From positions 2,048,001 through 2,112,000 of the forward strand of contig CBDETK010000013.1 in the NCBI GenBank assembly GCA_965242865.1: a stretch of DNA of 64,000 nt. The letters run 5' to 3'. Below the pieces are notes generated by a model. It had not been told where the DNA came from. It did not search any database and saw nothing but the letters and a program-made list of their open reading frames with translations. Every line of letters starts with the position of its first letter. Position 1 is the stretch's first letter. Position numbers and translations under genes: made by a program. This DNA is from Candidatus Latescibacterota bacterium (GTDB lineage: Bacteria; Latescibacterota; UBA2968; UBA8231). Shown here one piece after another: positions 47,191 to 56,203 of the stretch.

Positions 47191-49308
47191 TTAGTATGCC
47201 ACGCCCACTAGCCGGGCCTGCTCGTCGCGTTGCGCGTCCCCTTCTACTGCCAACCGCACGATGTAGAGCCCTGGCGGGACTAGCCGCCCTTGGGCATCGC
47301 GGCCGTCCCACGCCTTGTCTTCGTAGCGGCCATTGCGTTCGGGAGCGTCGTGGACGAGGCGAATTAACCGGCCGCTTAGGTCGTACACGGCGATCGCTAC
47401 CGGGCGGGCCACATCCAACGAGAGCAAGTTGTAGTATATCCTCGCCCTATCGTTGACCCGGTCCCCGTTGGGGGTAAAGACCGCCGGCGCGATCTCTACC
47501 TTGTCTAGCAAACGGCCTTGGCGCAGCATGGCGGGGCTCAGTACCGTGGTGCCGGATAGGTCGGCATTGTCGCCGGCCGCCAGCGTTGCAGCATCCCCCG
47601 AAACCACAGCTTGGGATATGCGCCCCTCTTCGCTGAACAGCCGGACGGCCGCGGTAAAGTTGGTGCTATAGGTCAGCACCTCGGTGCGAAAGTGAATTTT
47701 TACCAGCGCATCCCCCTCCTGTAGGAAGGGAATCCGCACGGAGAATTTGTCGTCTTCTACGGCGAGAATTTGGAATCCGTCAGCGCGGGTCGCGTCCGCG
47801 AGCCCAGCAAAGACGCGCTCGGCGACGAGTTGCCCGGTTCCATCCTCCAGCACTAGTCGGTCTATGCTCTCTACTCGGGTGGGGGTGAATATCTCTATGG
47901 TGTCAAAACCGCGCAGGCCGGCCGTCTCCAAGACCGGACGGATGGCATACGTGAAGCCCGTGTTTTCGGCTGTGCGAACCTCGCGCGGAAAAATCTCGCC
48001 GATCACTTGGTCGGCAAAGGGCGGCGTCAGCACATCAAAACTCAGGGATTTCAGCCCTCGGGCTGCGGCTAGGTCGTCGCTTTGAAAAAAAACTTGGAAC
48101 TGGAAGTACCGGTTTGGGCTGGGCGAGGCGATTGGAATTCCCGGGCCGTTGGCCGCACGCGCGGGATAGGGGGTGCTGAACGGGCTCCAGTTGATTAGAT
48201 CGTCCCGGACGAGGCCCGGGTTCCACTGGCGGCCTAGGGCGTCGTCCTTGGGCAGGGTCTCGTACTCGGCTAGTTCCATTGCTTGGGTCGGGTCCGCCAA
48301 CGAGAGCGGAATCTCCTCGGCGTCGCGCTGACCCGCTAACAGCCGCGTAAAGACAAAGGGCGTGGCATCGTTGGCCGTGCGGGTGCGGATCTGCAACCGG
48401 GAAAACACCTCGGGGCCGACGACTTCTTCTACCCAGCGCATGTCGCCCCAGAGGGCGGGCTGGCCGGCGTCGAATATATCCGAAATGTACCGGGCTTCGG
48501 AAAGAAAGCCCGTGCCGTACACCTCGAATTCGTCGAGCTCGAAGTTGACCGTAGAGGTGGCGCGCAGGCGCACGAACTGGACGTACCTGGGCGGGTCTAT
48601 CGCCACATCGACGACGGGGCTTTCGTTGTCGGCCTGCAACAGCAGGGGGTCCCAGATCAAACTGCCGTCGTCGGTCAAGCTAATCCCGTCGTTGGTGAAA
48701 AGCTCAAAGGCCCGCAAGAAGTCGTTGTGAAAGGGCGTGGTTGGGGATTTATGCACGGTATTGCGCGGATAGAAGCGGATGCGATTGACGCCAAACCGCC
48801 CCCCCAAGTTGAGGATTACCAGCGTGCCCAGCGCGTTGAAATTCTTGCGCTCAAACGCCTGCTTTTCACCGCCCTTCTCGCTCGTGAGCAACTCCTCCAA
48901 AGCCAGACGGAGGTCGTTGCGATCAAATATGCTACCACTGGCGACGCCGATGTCGCGTCCAAAGTCAAAGATGTTGGGCGCGTCTATGTTGCCGCCCCGC
49001 GCCACCGTGTTGTTGGCGATGTTTTCGCCGTCTTCTATGCGCAGGGGAAAGATGCCGCGGGGAAAATCGGGATGCGCGAATTCGACTAGATTCCCCGGGG
49101 CGTTGCCCACGAGTAGGCGGTTGGGATTGAGGGGCGACCGATGCTCTGCGTCAATGACCGCCACCGCGGCCCGGCCCTCGCCCCGCCAATCCAAGTCGCC
49201 CCCCTCCCCCAAGGCCACGGTTTCGAGGGCAAAAACCGGGCCCCAAACGACCGCTAGCAACCCTGATGCTAGCGCAAAAATGCGCGAACAACAGCCCAAT
49301 ACACGCAT
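47191..49308 (-). CDS. Exported FlgD-Ig / type-B-like CTD protein
   Basis: NLGGRFGVNRIRFYPR, ELDEFEVYGTGF, IRTRT, SPSPNRYFQ, FTPNGDRVND, WDGRD..G.LVPPGLY; ends GVAY*. Confidence 0.85.
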   Translation of the reverse strand: MRVLGCCSRIFALASGLLAVVWGPVFALETVALGEGGDLDWRGEGRAAVAVIDAEHRSPLNPNRLLVGNAPGNLVEFAHPDFPRGIFPLRIEDGENIANNTVARGGNIDAPNIFDFGRDIGVASGSIFDRNDLRLALEELLTSEKGGEKQAFERKNFNALGTLVILNLGGRFGVNRIRFYPRNTVHKSPTTPFHNDFLRAFELFTNDGISLTDDGSLIWDPLLLQADNESPVVDVAIDPPRYVQFVRLRATSTVNFELDEFEVYGTGFLSEARYISDIFDAGQPALWGDMRWVEEVVGPEVFSRLQIRTRTANDATPFVFTRLLAGQRDAEEIPLSLADPTQAMELAEYETLPKDDALGRQWNPGLVRDDLINWSPFSTPYPARAANGPGIPIASPSPNRYFQFQVFFQSDDLAAARGLKSLSFDVLTPPFADQVIGEIFPREVRTAENTGFTYAIRPVLETAGLRGFDTIEIFTPTRVESIDRLVLEDGTGQLVAERVFAGLADATRADGFQILAVEDDKFSVRIPFLQEGDALVKIHFRTEVLTYSTNFTAAVRLFSEEGRISQAVVSGDAATLAAGDNADLSGTTVLSPAMLRQGRLLDKVEIAPAVFTPNGDRVNDRARIYYNLLSLDVARPVAIAVYDLSGRLIRLVHDAPERNGRYEDKAWDGRDAQGRLVPPGLYIVRLAVEGDAQRDEQARLVGVAY

Positions 49309-49447
49309 TGAAGCACTCCAATAAACCGAGACCGCGGCACCTGTTGGCCGCCAGTGCTTGTGAAATGACTTTTGGCAACGAGTCGATATGGCTTTATTTT
49401 GCCTTTAGATATGAGAATCTCGTCCCCCAGTCAAGGAAGGATGAGCC

Positions 49448-51571
49448 ATGCTTAGGTCTTTGTCTTTCTGCGTCTGCACGGTCCTGCTCACCGCTGCTTG
49501 GGTGAACGCCCGAACCGAGTACCATCTGGGAGGGGTGGAAGGCCCGTCTTGGCAAGACGCCCGCAGCCAAGCCGAAGTGGGTGCGTATCGCGTCTATGAC
49601 GCCAACGGCGAATTGCTCCGAAGCGTCGCCGTGGGCACGGCCCCGCAAGAGACCGGCGGAGACACCCTCGTCGATTTCTCCGACCGCTCCATCCGCCCGC
49701 GCTTCATCGACCCGCACGAAAATTTAGCCCTGACCGATCTAAGCGCCGAATCAAACGAAGTCCCCCTGAATTTCACCGGCGGAGAGGTCAGCGTATCCTA
49801 CGGCAATGGGACCTCGGCGTACAATTGCCTTTTTGCCGGCAACAACGCCCCCCTCAACAAGCTCATGCTCGACGCCAACCCCGTATCCGCTCAGTTCCGC
49901 CCCTTTACGCAGGACCCGAACAAAGCACCGGGCATTGGCAAAGGGCGTCCTTTTTACGATGCGATCATATTCGATTTCGGGGCCAATGTGCCGATCAACC
50001 GCATTCGCTTTTATCCGCGCCTCAGTCAAGAGGAAGACCGCTTACAGATCGAAAGTTTTGCCGCGCCCAAGCCGGCCCTTGAGTCCTTTGGCGCAGACAG
50101 CTTCGCCGATAATTTCGTCGGCTGGTTTGACATCCGCGTGGGCGATGCTTCGCTGCCCTTTCAAGATGGCGCGTGCGGTCGCACCCCCGGCCGACGCTGG
50201 ATCACGCGAAACGACCCCTTGCTGACCGAGCTGTACTCCACCCGCGAAAACCTAGACGTGGTGACGGACCTGAGCTTCCCGCCTAAGTCCATTCGCTTCC
50301 TCGCCTTCCAAGCCTTCCCCTTGCGCAACTGGGAAATCGCCGAGTTTGAAATCTACGGCGAGGGATTCGTCGAAGAGATGATTTACATTACCCAAATTTT
50401 GGACTTTGGCCGCCCGGTCAGCTATGGTCAGATCCGCTGGAGCGGCGAGTTGCCCGAGGGCACCCGGGCCGAGATCCGCACCCGTACCGGACACACCCCG
50501 GACCCCAAGCTCTACTTCGTCCTCAACAACAATGGCGATCTAGACCCGATCACCCTGAAGGAGTACTTAAAGATCGACGCGCTGTCCCGCCTGCCCACCC
50601 AGTACGATGCTGAAAATTGGAGTTTCTGGTCGCCGCCCTACGATTTCGCGGCCGGCTTGCGCGACGAGGCTTTGCCCGCCGAATTTTGGCAGGATGGCAC
50701 GCCCCTGCTCTCGCCAGGGCCTAGCCGCTATATCCAGATCGCCATCCGGTTTTTTTCGCTGCCCTTTGCCGCCCCTCGGCTCGATCAACTCTCGCTCCAG
50801 TTGGGGGAGGCCCCTTCGGCCCAAGAAGTCGTCGGCGAGATTTGGCCCATTGAAGTCGATTCCTTCGGCCCTGCCACCTTCACCTATATCGTGTTGCCCT
50901 CCTTTGAGGCGGACAATATCGGTTTCAACCACCTAGAAATTCTCACCCACGCCCGGGTCGATACCATCGAGGCGGTCGTCCTCGACGGGACTGTAGTGGA
51001 TCCTAGCCTCTTTCCGCATCAGATCTTCGACGACCGGATCGTGGTCGAATTTCCAGAGGTGAAGGGCGAAGAGGATAGCTTCAAGCAGTTGGAGGTGATC
51101 TTCAACGCGCCCGTGCTGCGCTTTGGGACCGAATTCAGTGGCTGGGTTTTTAACAGCGAGGACCCCGATCAAATTCGCCAACAGGTCCGGCCGGGCAACG
51201 CGACCTTCCGTTTTTCCGGCGATGTACTCGCCGTGAAAACCCCGGTGGGCGGCAATTTGCTGGTCAATGTGGAAGTCGGCCCCAACCCCTTTACGCCCAA
51301 TGGCGACGGCCTCAACGAGACCCTGACCATCGCGTACAGTTTGCGCGAGGTGGCAACCGATCGCACCGTCTCCGTGCATATCTATAATCTAGCCGGGCAA
51401 GAGGTGGCTGCATTGCCCCCAACGCGGTCTCGCAGCGGCCAATTTCGCCAAGAGTGGGACGGCACCGACGCCAACGGCCAGCGAGTCCCGCCCGGGATTT
51501 ACCTATACGACCTATCCCTCAATGTCGAACAAAAAGAAAGAACAATGGGATTTCTCGCGGTGGCATATTGA
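49448..51571 (+). CDS. Exported FlgD-Ig / type-B-like CTD protein
   Basis: DFGANVPINRIRFYPR, WEIAEFEIYGEGF, IRTRTG, SPGPSRYIQ, PNPFTPNGDGLNE, WDG.D.NG.RVPPGIY; ends AVAY*. Confidence 0.85.
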   Translation: MLRSLSFCVCTVLLTAAWVNARTEYHLGGVEGPSWQDARSQAEVGAYRVYDANGELLRSVAVGTAPQETGGDTLVDFSDRSIRPRFIDPHENLALTDLSAESNEVPLNFTGGEVSVSYGNGTSAYNCLFAGNNAPLNKLMLDANPVSAQFRPFTQDPNKAPGIGKGRPFYDAIIFDFGANVPINRIRFYPRLSQEEDRLQIESFAAPKPALESFGADSFADNFVGWFDIRVGDASLPFQDGACGRTPGRRWITRNDPLLTELYSTRENLDVVTDLSFPPKSIRFLAFQAFPLRNWEIAEFEIYGEGFVEEMIYITQILDFGRPVSYGQIRWSGELPEGTRAEIRTRTGHTPDPKLYFVLNNNGDLDPITLKEYLKIDALSRLPTQYDAENWSFWSPPYDFAAGLRDEALPAEFWQDGTPLLSPGPSRYIQIAIRFFSLPFAAPRLDQLSLQLGEAPSAQEVVGEIWPIEVDSFGPATFTYIVLPSFEADNIGFNHLEILTHARVDTIEAVVLDGTVVDPSLFPHQIFDDRIVVEFPEVKGEEDSFKQLEVIFNAPVLRFGTEFSGWVFNSEDPDQIRQQVRPGNATFRFSGDVLAVKTPVGGNLLVNVEVGPNPFTPNGDGLNETLTIAYSLREVATDRTVSVHIYNLAGQEVAALPPTRSRSGQFRQEWDGTDANGQRVPPGIYLYDLSLNVEQKERTMGFLAVAY

Positions 51572-51591
51572 GTTCTGGACGCGCGATTTGT

Positions 51592-51620
51592 TTGACATTT
51601 TTTTGCGATTGTCGTAGGGT
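51592..51620 (+). promoter_or_regulatory. Putative sigma70 promoter
   Basis: TTGACA (51592-51597), 17-bp spacer, TAGGGT (51615-51620), upstream of the 51742 gene. Confidence 0.55.
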
Positions 51621-51741
51621 ATAGCCCAATGCTGGCACGAAGCCAAATTTTCCAGAGCCGGTCGTCGAAAGGAGGTTTTTTCGGCAGGCGATTCCTTCGC
51701 AACGCATCCCCTACTCAACTATTCTGAGGAGGTTTCTCGAC

Positions 51742-52629
51742 ATGCAAAAAATCGCAAAAGGACTGATGGTCCTGCTCGTATCGGCTGGGCTCGCTAACGC
51801 CCACAACCCGCCGGGTGAGTTCTTCTTTCTCTTTCAGTTTCCCGATAACGCTGTGCCAACTATAGACGGCGACCTTTCGGACTGGAGTATCGTCCCGGAC
51901 AAGCCTTACGTGATTCGCAGCGACAAGCTCTACGACCCCGCTCAGTTCCACGAAGCGGGTCGCGGCGAGCTCGATCTCAGCGACTTCAACCCGCTGCACA
52001 TCCTCGGTTGGAACGAAAATCTCAACAAGCTCTATTTCGCCAACCAAGTCTTTGACAACATCCACAATACCGACCGCGAAGACCCGGCCCGCCATTGGGA
52101 CGACGACAACTGGGAGGTTGAAGTCAACCCGACCCACCTAGCGGCCGACGAGCAGAACCTCGCGGACGAGCCCGTCAACCGGATCGCCTATAAATGGGTC
52201 GTGCCGCCACTCGAGGGCGTCTATCAGTCGCTCGAGCCCATCGGCAACCTAGCTTGGCTTTCGGACGGCGGCGACTTTACTTCGTTTGGCTGGTCCTTCG
52301 ACGGCGACATGTTCGGCGAAAGTACCTATTACTACGAGCTGGGTATTACGCCGATTGCCTTGATCCCCCGGGAGAATGCCACGCCCGACAACATCGAGAT
52401 TTACGACCTCGAAGAGGACGATATCATCCATATCTCGATCAACAACGGCGATATTGACGCGCCCCAGTCCGACCACGCCTATCAGGGCTTTTGGGGCACC
52501 ACCCCAGAGAGCAGCAATATCGCGCTCAACGACTTTGTCCTCGCGCCGCTCGAAGAGGGGATTGACTTTTCGGAGACGAGCGTCGAAGCAACCAGTTGGG
52601 GCCAGCTCAAGAGCAGCTTGGGTCGATAA
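51742..52629 (+). CDS. Exported acidic DOMON/CBM9-like protein with C-terminal WGx(L/I)K tail (paralog A)
   Basis: GAGGAGGT RBS; signal peptide ...ANA|H; PTIDGDLSDW; ends TSVEATSWGQLKSSLGR*. Confidence 0.75.
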   Translation: MQKIAKGLMVLLVSAGLANAHNPPGEFFFLFQFPDNAVPTIDGDLSDWSIVPDKPYVIRSDKLYDPAQFHEAGRGELDLSDFNPLHILGWNENLNKLYFANQVFDNIHNTDREDPARHWDDDNWEVEVNPTHLAADEQNLADEPVNRIAYKWVVPPLEGVYQSLEPIGNLAWLSDGGDFTSFGWSFDGDMFGESTYYYELGITPIALIPRENATPDNIEIYDLEEDDIIHISINNGDIDAPQSDHAYQGFWGTTPESSNIALNDFVLAPLEEGIDFSETSVEATSWGQLKSSLGR

Positions 52630-52649
52630 CCCTACCTGCTAGTTAGCGC

Positions 52650-55613
52650 TCACTCATTTCCACGCCCCTGTTTCGCTTGTGTTTGCGGAACGGGGGCTTT
52701 CTTTTTTGCGAGCTTCTCGCGGGCTACGCGCAACTGACTCGCCGCTCGGGGATAGCGAGGCTCCAACCGCAGCACGGCCTCCCACTCGCGAATGGCCGCT
52801 GGGTACTGTCCCTGGGCGGCATATACCTGTGCCAGCGCGCAGCGGGCGGCGACCAAGGTGGAATCGGTGCTCAGGGCCGTCTTGAAGGCCGCCACGGCCG
52901 GCACTAGGTCGCCCTGCTGGGCGTAGGCCATGCCTAGTTTGGTTCGCACGGTCGGCAGCTCCGGCTGCAGTGCCAGTGCCCGACGATAGGCGGCAATCGC
53001 TCGTTTATAGTCGCGGAGTTGGTGGTAGGCTTGGCCTAGATCGGCAAAGGCCCCCACCAACTCCGGTTGCAGTTCGCCGGCTCGTTCATAGGCCGCAATC
53101 GCCGCTTCCAAATCGTTCTTGTAGTGCAACGCAGCGCCCAAGCCGTACTGGGCCGGCGCGTAGCTGGAGTCGGCGGCAATGACTCGGCGAAAAGCAGCCA
53201 GCCCTTCCTCAACGCGCCCTTGGGCCACGTAGGCTTCGCCCAGCAGGTGGCGCGATTCAATGTCGCCCGGAAAGGAGGACAGGTTGTCCAAATGGCGCTG
53301 CACTTCGTCTTCGATAGGCTGCAACTGCACGAAAATTTGCCGCTGGCGCGTAGCTTCCTGCGCCCTTCCCTGTTGCTCGTAGAGCCGGGCTAGGCTCAGG
53401 TGCGGGTGCGGCTGCCACGGCGCTTGGCGCACGGCGCGTTCAAAGGCCGCGATCGCCGCGGTCGGATTTTCGTTGCGGAGGTGGGCCAACCCCAGTCGGT
53501 TGTGGTTTTCCCACGTGGGGTCCAGCGCCACAGCGCGCTTGAGGAGCGGAATGGCTCGGTCTTGGCGGTTGAGATCCATATAGACCGCTCCCAAAAGCGG
53601 ATAGACCGGCGACCACGACGAATCGCGTCCTACCACCTCTTCCAAAACCGCCGCGGCCTCCTCGGCCCGGCCTAGCCCGGAATAGAGCGCGATACCCAAG
53701 GAGTAGTAGGTTTTGAGAGTGTCCGGCTGCATGCCGATGGACGTTTTCAAGGCGTCAATCGCCTCTTGGTAGCGTCCCTGTCTGTACCGTTCGATTCCCG
53801 CGTTGTAGTGGTCTGCGGCAGTCTGGTCGTCTCCTGCCACGTAGCGGGCGACCGGCCGCTCGCGGTCCCTTTGGACTGGCTGTTCGTGCGTGCCCCAGTC
53901 CGCTGTATCCGCCAGCCCGACGTAGCTGGCAATAGGCCCCTCTTCCCCTTCCCGCACCACCCAGTAACGCCGAGTCTCTGGTCGCTCCAAGAGTTGCACC
54001 CGGCCGCTGGGCCAACGGACCGCTACGCGCTCTGCGGCCTCGGCCGCTCCCAACCCGAAGAGCACCCGGCCATCGCTTTGCGATAAGTACCCGACTCCGC
54101 GCTGTACTTCCCGCACCTGTCGTCCATTGTCTGTCGAGAGCACCACCCGCGCCCCCTGTGCGTCGCGGTTGCTCTCGCTGCCCACCAGCTCGAGCCCCAG
54201 CCAATTGTTGCGGCTCCCGCCGCGATTGTGCAAAAGCGTTGGCGCGTCATTCAGATTCACGATTAGCAAGTCCAGATCGCCATCGTTGTCGTAGTCGCCC
54301 AGTGCCCCGCCGCGGCTGACCTTTTCCTCGGCAAAGCCCGGCCCAACCCGAGCTCCGACCTCGACAAACGTCCCCCCCACATTCTGGTAGAGCAGGTTGC
54401 GCTGGGCATAGCGCAGTCCCGAAGGATGCTGGGCGACTTGGGGGTAGATGTGCCCGTTGACCGCGAAGAGATCGAGCCAGCCGTCGTTGTCGTAATCAAA
54501 AAAACCCGTGCTCCAGCCCAAGTAGGGCCGCACCGGACCGCCTAGCCCCGCTGCCGCCGTGAAATCGACGAACAGGCCGTTCCCCTCGTTCTGGTACAGG
54601 GTGTTGACGTCGTCCGAAAAATGGGTCATGTACAGATCCAGATCGCCATCGTTGTCGTAGTCGCCGGCCGCCGCGCCCATGCCGGCTTGCGCCCGCCCGT
54701 CCTCGCTGTAAGCCGCCCCGGCAAAGGCCGCTACTTCCTCCAGTTGCCAAGGCCCGTCGTTGCGATAGAGCAGGTTGGGGTAGCCGTCGTTGGCCACGTA
54801 GATATCTTGGTCGCCGTCGTCGTCGCCATCGAAAAAGACTACCCCCAAGGATGCCTGCTGGTCTGCGTCAATCCCCGTCGCCCGGCTCATATCTGCAAAG
54901 CCGCCTCCGCCCTCGTTGCGGTAGAGCACGTTGGCTTGGGGCACCATGCCGTGCGGCCCGCAATAGACGTCCAGCCCCTTGAAGCCACTGCAGAGTTGAC
55001 CGCCGCCGGGCGGGTTTTGCAAGTCGAATACCAAATAGTTGGCCGCGTAGAGATCGAGGAATCCGTCGGCATCCACATCGCCAAACGCCGCGCTGGTTCC
55101 CCAGCCGCTGTCTTCCACGCCCAGCCTGACCTCGGCAAACCTGCCCCCGTCGTTGCGATAGAGCACATTGGGCCCCCAATAGGTGAGGTACAGGTCCACA
55201 TCGCCGTCGTTGTCGTAATCTCCCACCGCACACCCCATGCCCCACCCCGTGCGCCGCAGGCCAGCCTCGTCGGTTTGGTCCTCAAAGGCGCGCCCATTGG
55301 TCCCTTCGGTGTTGCGGTAGAGCCGATTGGTGGGATTTGAGGAATCGGCCTCCACTCGCGTGCTGTTGACCAAGAATACATCGAGATACCCATCGCCATC
55401 ATAGTCGAAAAAGGCAGCACCGGACGACATGGACTCGAGAATATAGCGCTGCTCTGCGCCACCGGAGACTTGGCGAAAATCGAGGCCAACAGCCTCGGTC
55501 ACATCGACGAATTGCACCTCGCCCGACGCCGTTTTGGTCTCTACTTCCGGCTCGCATCCTAACCCCAGCAACCCAATACCGGCGATCCATCCGCGCATCC
55601 GTCTTGCTCTCAT
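52650..55613 (-). CDS. ASPIC/UnbV FG-GAP lipoprotein with C-terminal TPR repeats
   Basis: Lipobox-like LGLGC; multiple DYDNDGDxDL; SNRDAQGARV..LFGLG..VRWPSG; long TPR tract. Confidence 0.9.
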   Translation of the reverse strand: MRARRMRGWIAGIGLLGLGCEPEVETKTASGEVQFVDVTEAVGLDFRQVSGGAEQRYILESMSSGAAFFDYDGDGYLDVFLVNSTRVEADSSNPTNRLYRNTEGTNGRAFEDQTDEAGLRRTGWGMGCAVGDYDNDGDVDLYLTYWGPNVLYRNDGGRFAEVRLGVEDSGWGTSAAFGDVDADGFLDLYAANYLVFDLQNPPGGGQLCSGFKGLDVYCGPHGMVPQANVLYRNEGGGGFADMSRATGIDADQQASLGVVFFDGDDDGDQDIYVANDGYPNLLYRNDGPWQLEEVAAFAGAAYSEDGRAQAGMGAAAGDYDNDGDLDLYMTHFSDDVNTLYQNEGNGLFVDFTAAAGLGGPVRPYLGWSTGFFDYDNDGWLDLFAVNGHIYPQVAQHPSGLRYAQRNLLYQNVGGTFVEVGARVGPGFAEEKVSRGGALGDYDNDGDLDLLIVNLNDAPTLLHNRGGSRNNWLGLELVGSESNRDAQGARVVLSTDNGRQVREVQRGVGYLSQSDGRVLFGLGAAEAAERVAVRWPSGRVQLLERPETRRYWVVREGEEGPIASYVGLADTADWGTHEQPVQRDRERPVARYVAGDDQTAADHYNAGIERYRQGRYQEAIDALKTSIGMQPDTLKTYYSLGIALYSGLGRAEEAAAVLEEVVGRDSSWSPVYPLLGAVYMDLNRQDRAIPLLKRAVALDPTWENHNRLGLAHLRNENPTAAIAAFERAVRQAPWQPHPHLSLARLYEQQGRAQEATRQRQIFVQLQPIEDEVQRHLDNLSSFPGDIESRHLLGEAYVAQGRVEEGLAAFRRVIAADSSYAPAQYGLGAALHYKNDLEAAIAAYERAGELQPELVGAFADLGQAYHQLRDYKRAIAAYRRALALQPELPTVRTKLGMAYAQQGDLVPAVAAFKTALSTDSTLVAARCALAQVYAAQGQYPAAIREWEAVLRLEPRYPRAASQLRVAREKLAKKKAPVPQTQAKQGRGNE

Positions 55614-55735
55614 AGCGGCTTCTTAGAGTCTCGTTGCCCTAACGACTGCTCAAAAATTGAGATTGACCGTATATTCTGATTTCTTCAACCCCGACGGTAT
55701 CAAGCTCGAAGTACCTGTGCGGGAGGGTTAGGACG

Positions 55736-56035
55736 ATGACCGAAGAAAAATGGGAAGAGCCGGAAGCGGTGGAAATCCCCATTGACGGGACGCTGGATCT
55801 GCACACCTTCCAGCCGCGCGACCTCAAGGGGTTGTTGCCCGACTATTTGGATGCTTGTCGCCGAGCGGGCATTTTGCAAGTGCGCGTCATCCACGGCAAG
55901 GGTACGGGCCAGTTGCGGTGCTCGGTCCACGCCATTTTGGGCCGCTTGCCCGAAGTGGAGGCGTTTCGCTTGGCTGGGGCAGGGGGCGGCGGTTGGGGGG
56001 CGACCTTGGTTTGGTTGACGCCGCTCGACGATTGA
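55736..56035 (+). CDS. Stand-alone Smr domain protein
   Basis: LDLHTF, VIHGKGTG.L, GGWGATLV. Confidence 0.92.
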   Translation: MTEEKWEEPEAVEIPIDGTLDLHTFQPRDLKGLLPDYLDACRRAGILQVRVIHGKGTGQLRCSVHAILGRLPEVEAFRLAGAGGGGWGATLVWLTPLDD

Positions 56036-56203
56036 CTATACGCGAACGGCCGGACCGCACTAAGTTTTCTTGATTTATCCTATTTAATACCTTATACCTT
56101 ACCACAACCTGCAACAAACGTCACGCTTCAGAGCGTCAGTTTGCGGTGCGCTATCAGAAGTGCATAAGGCTGAAATCTCGGCTAATCTACTTAAAGAGTC
56201 TTC

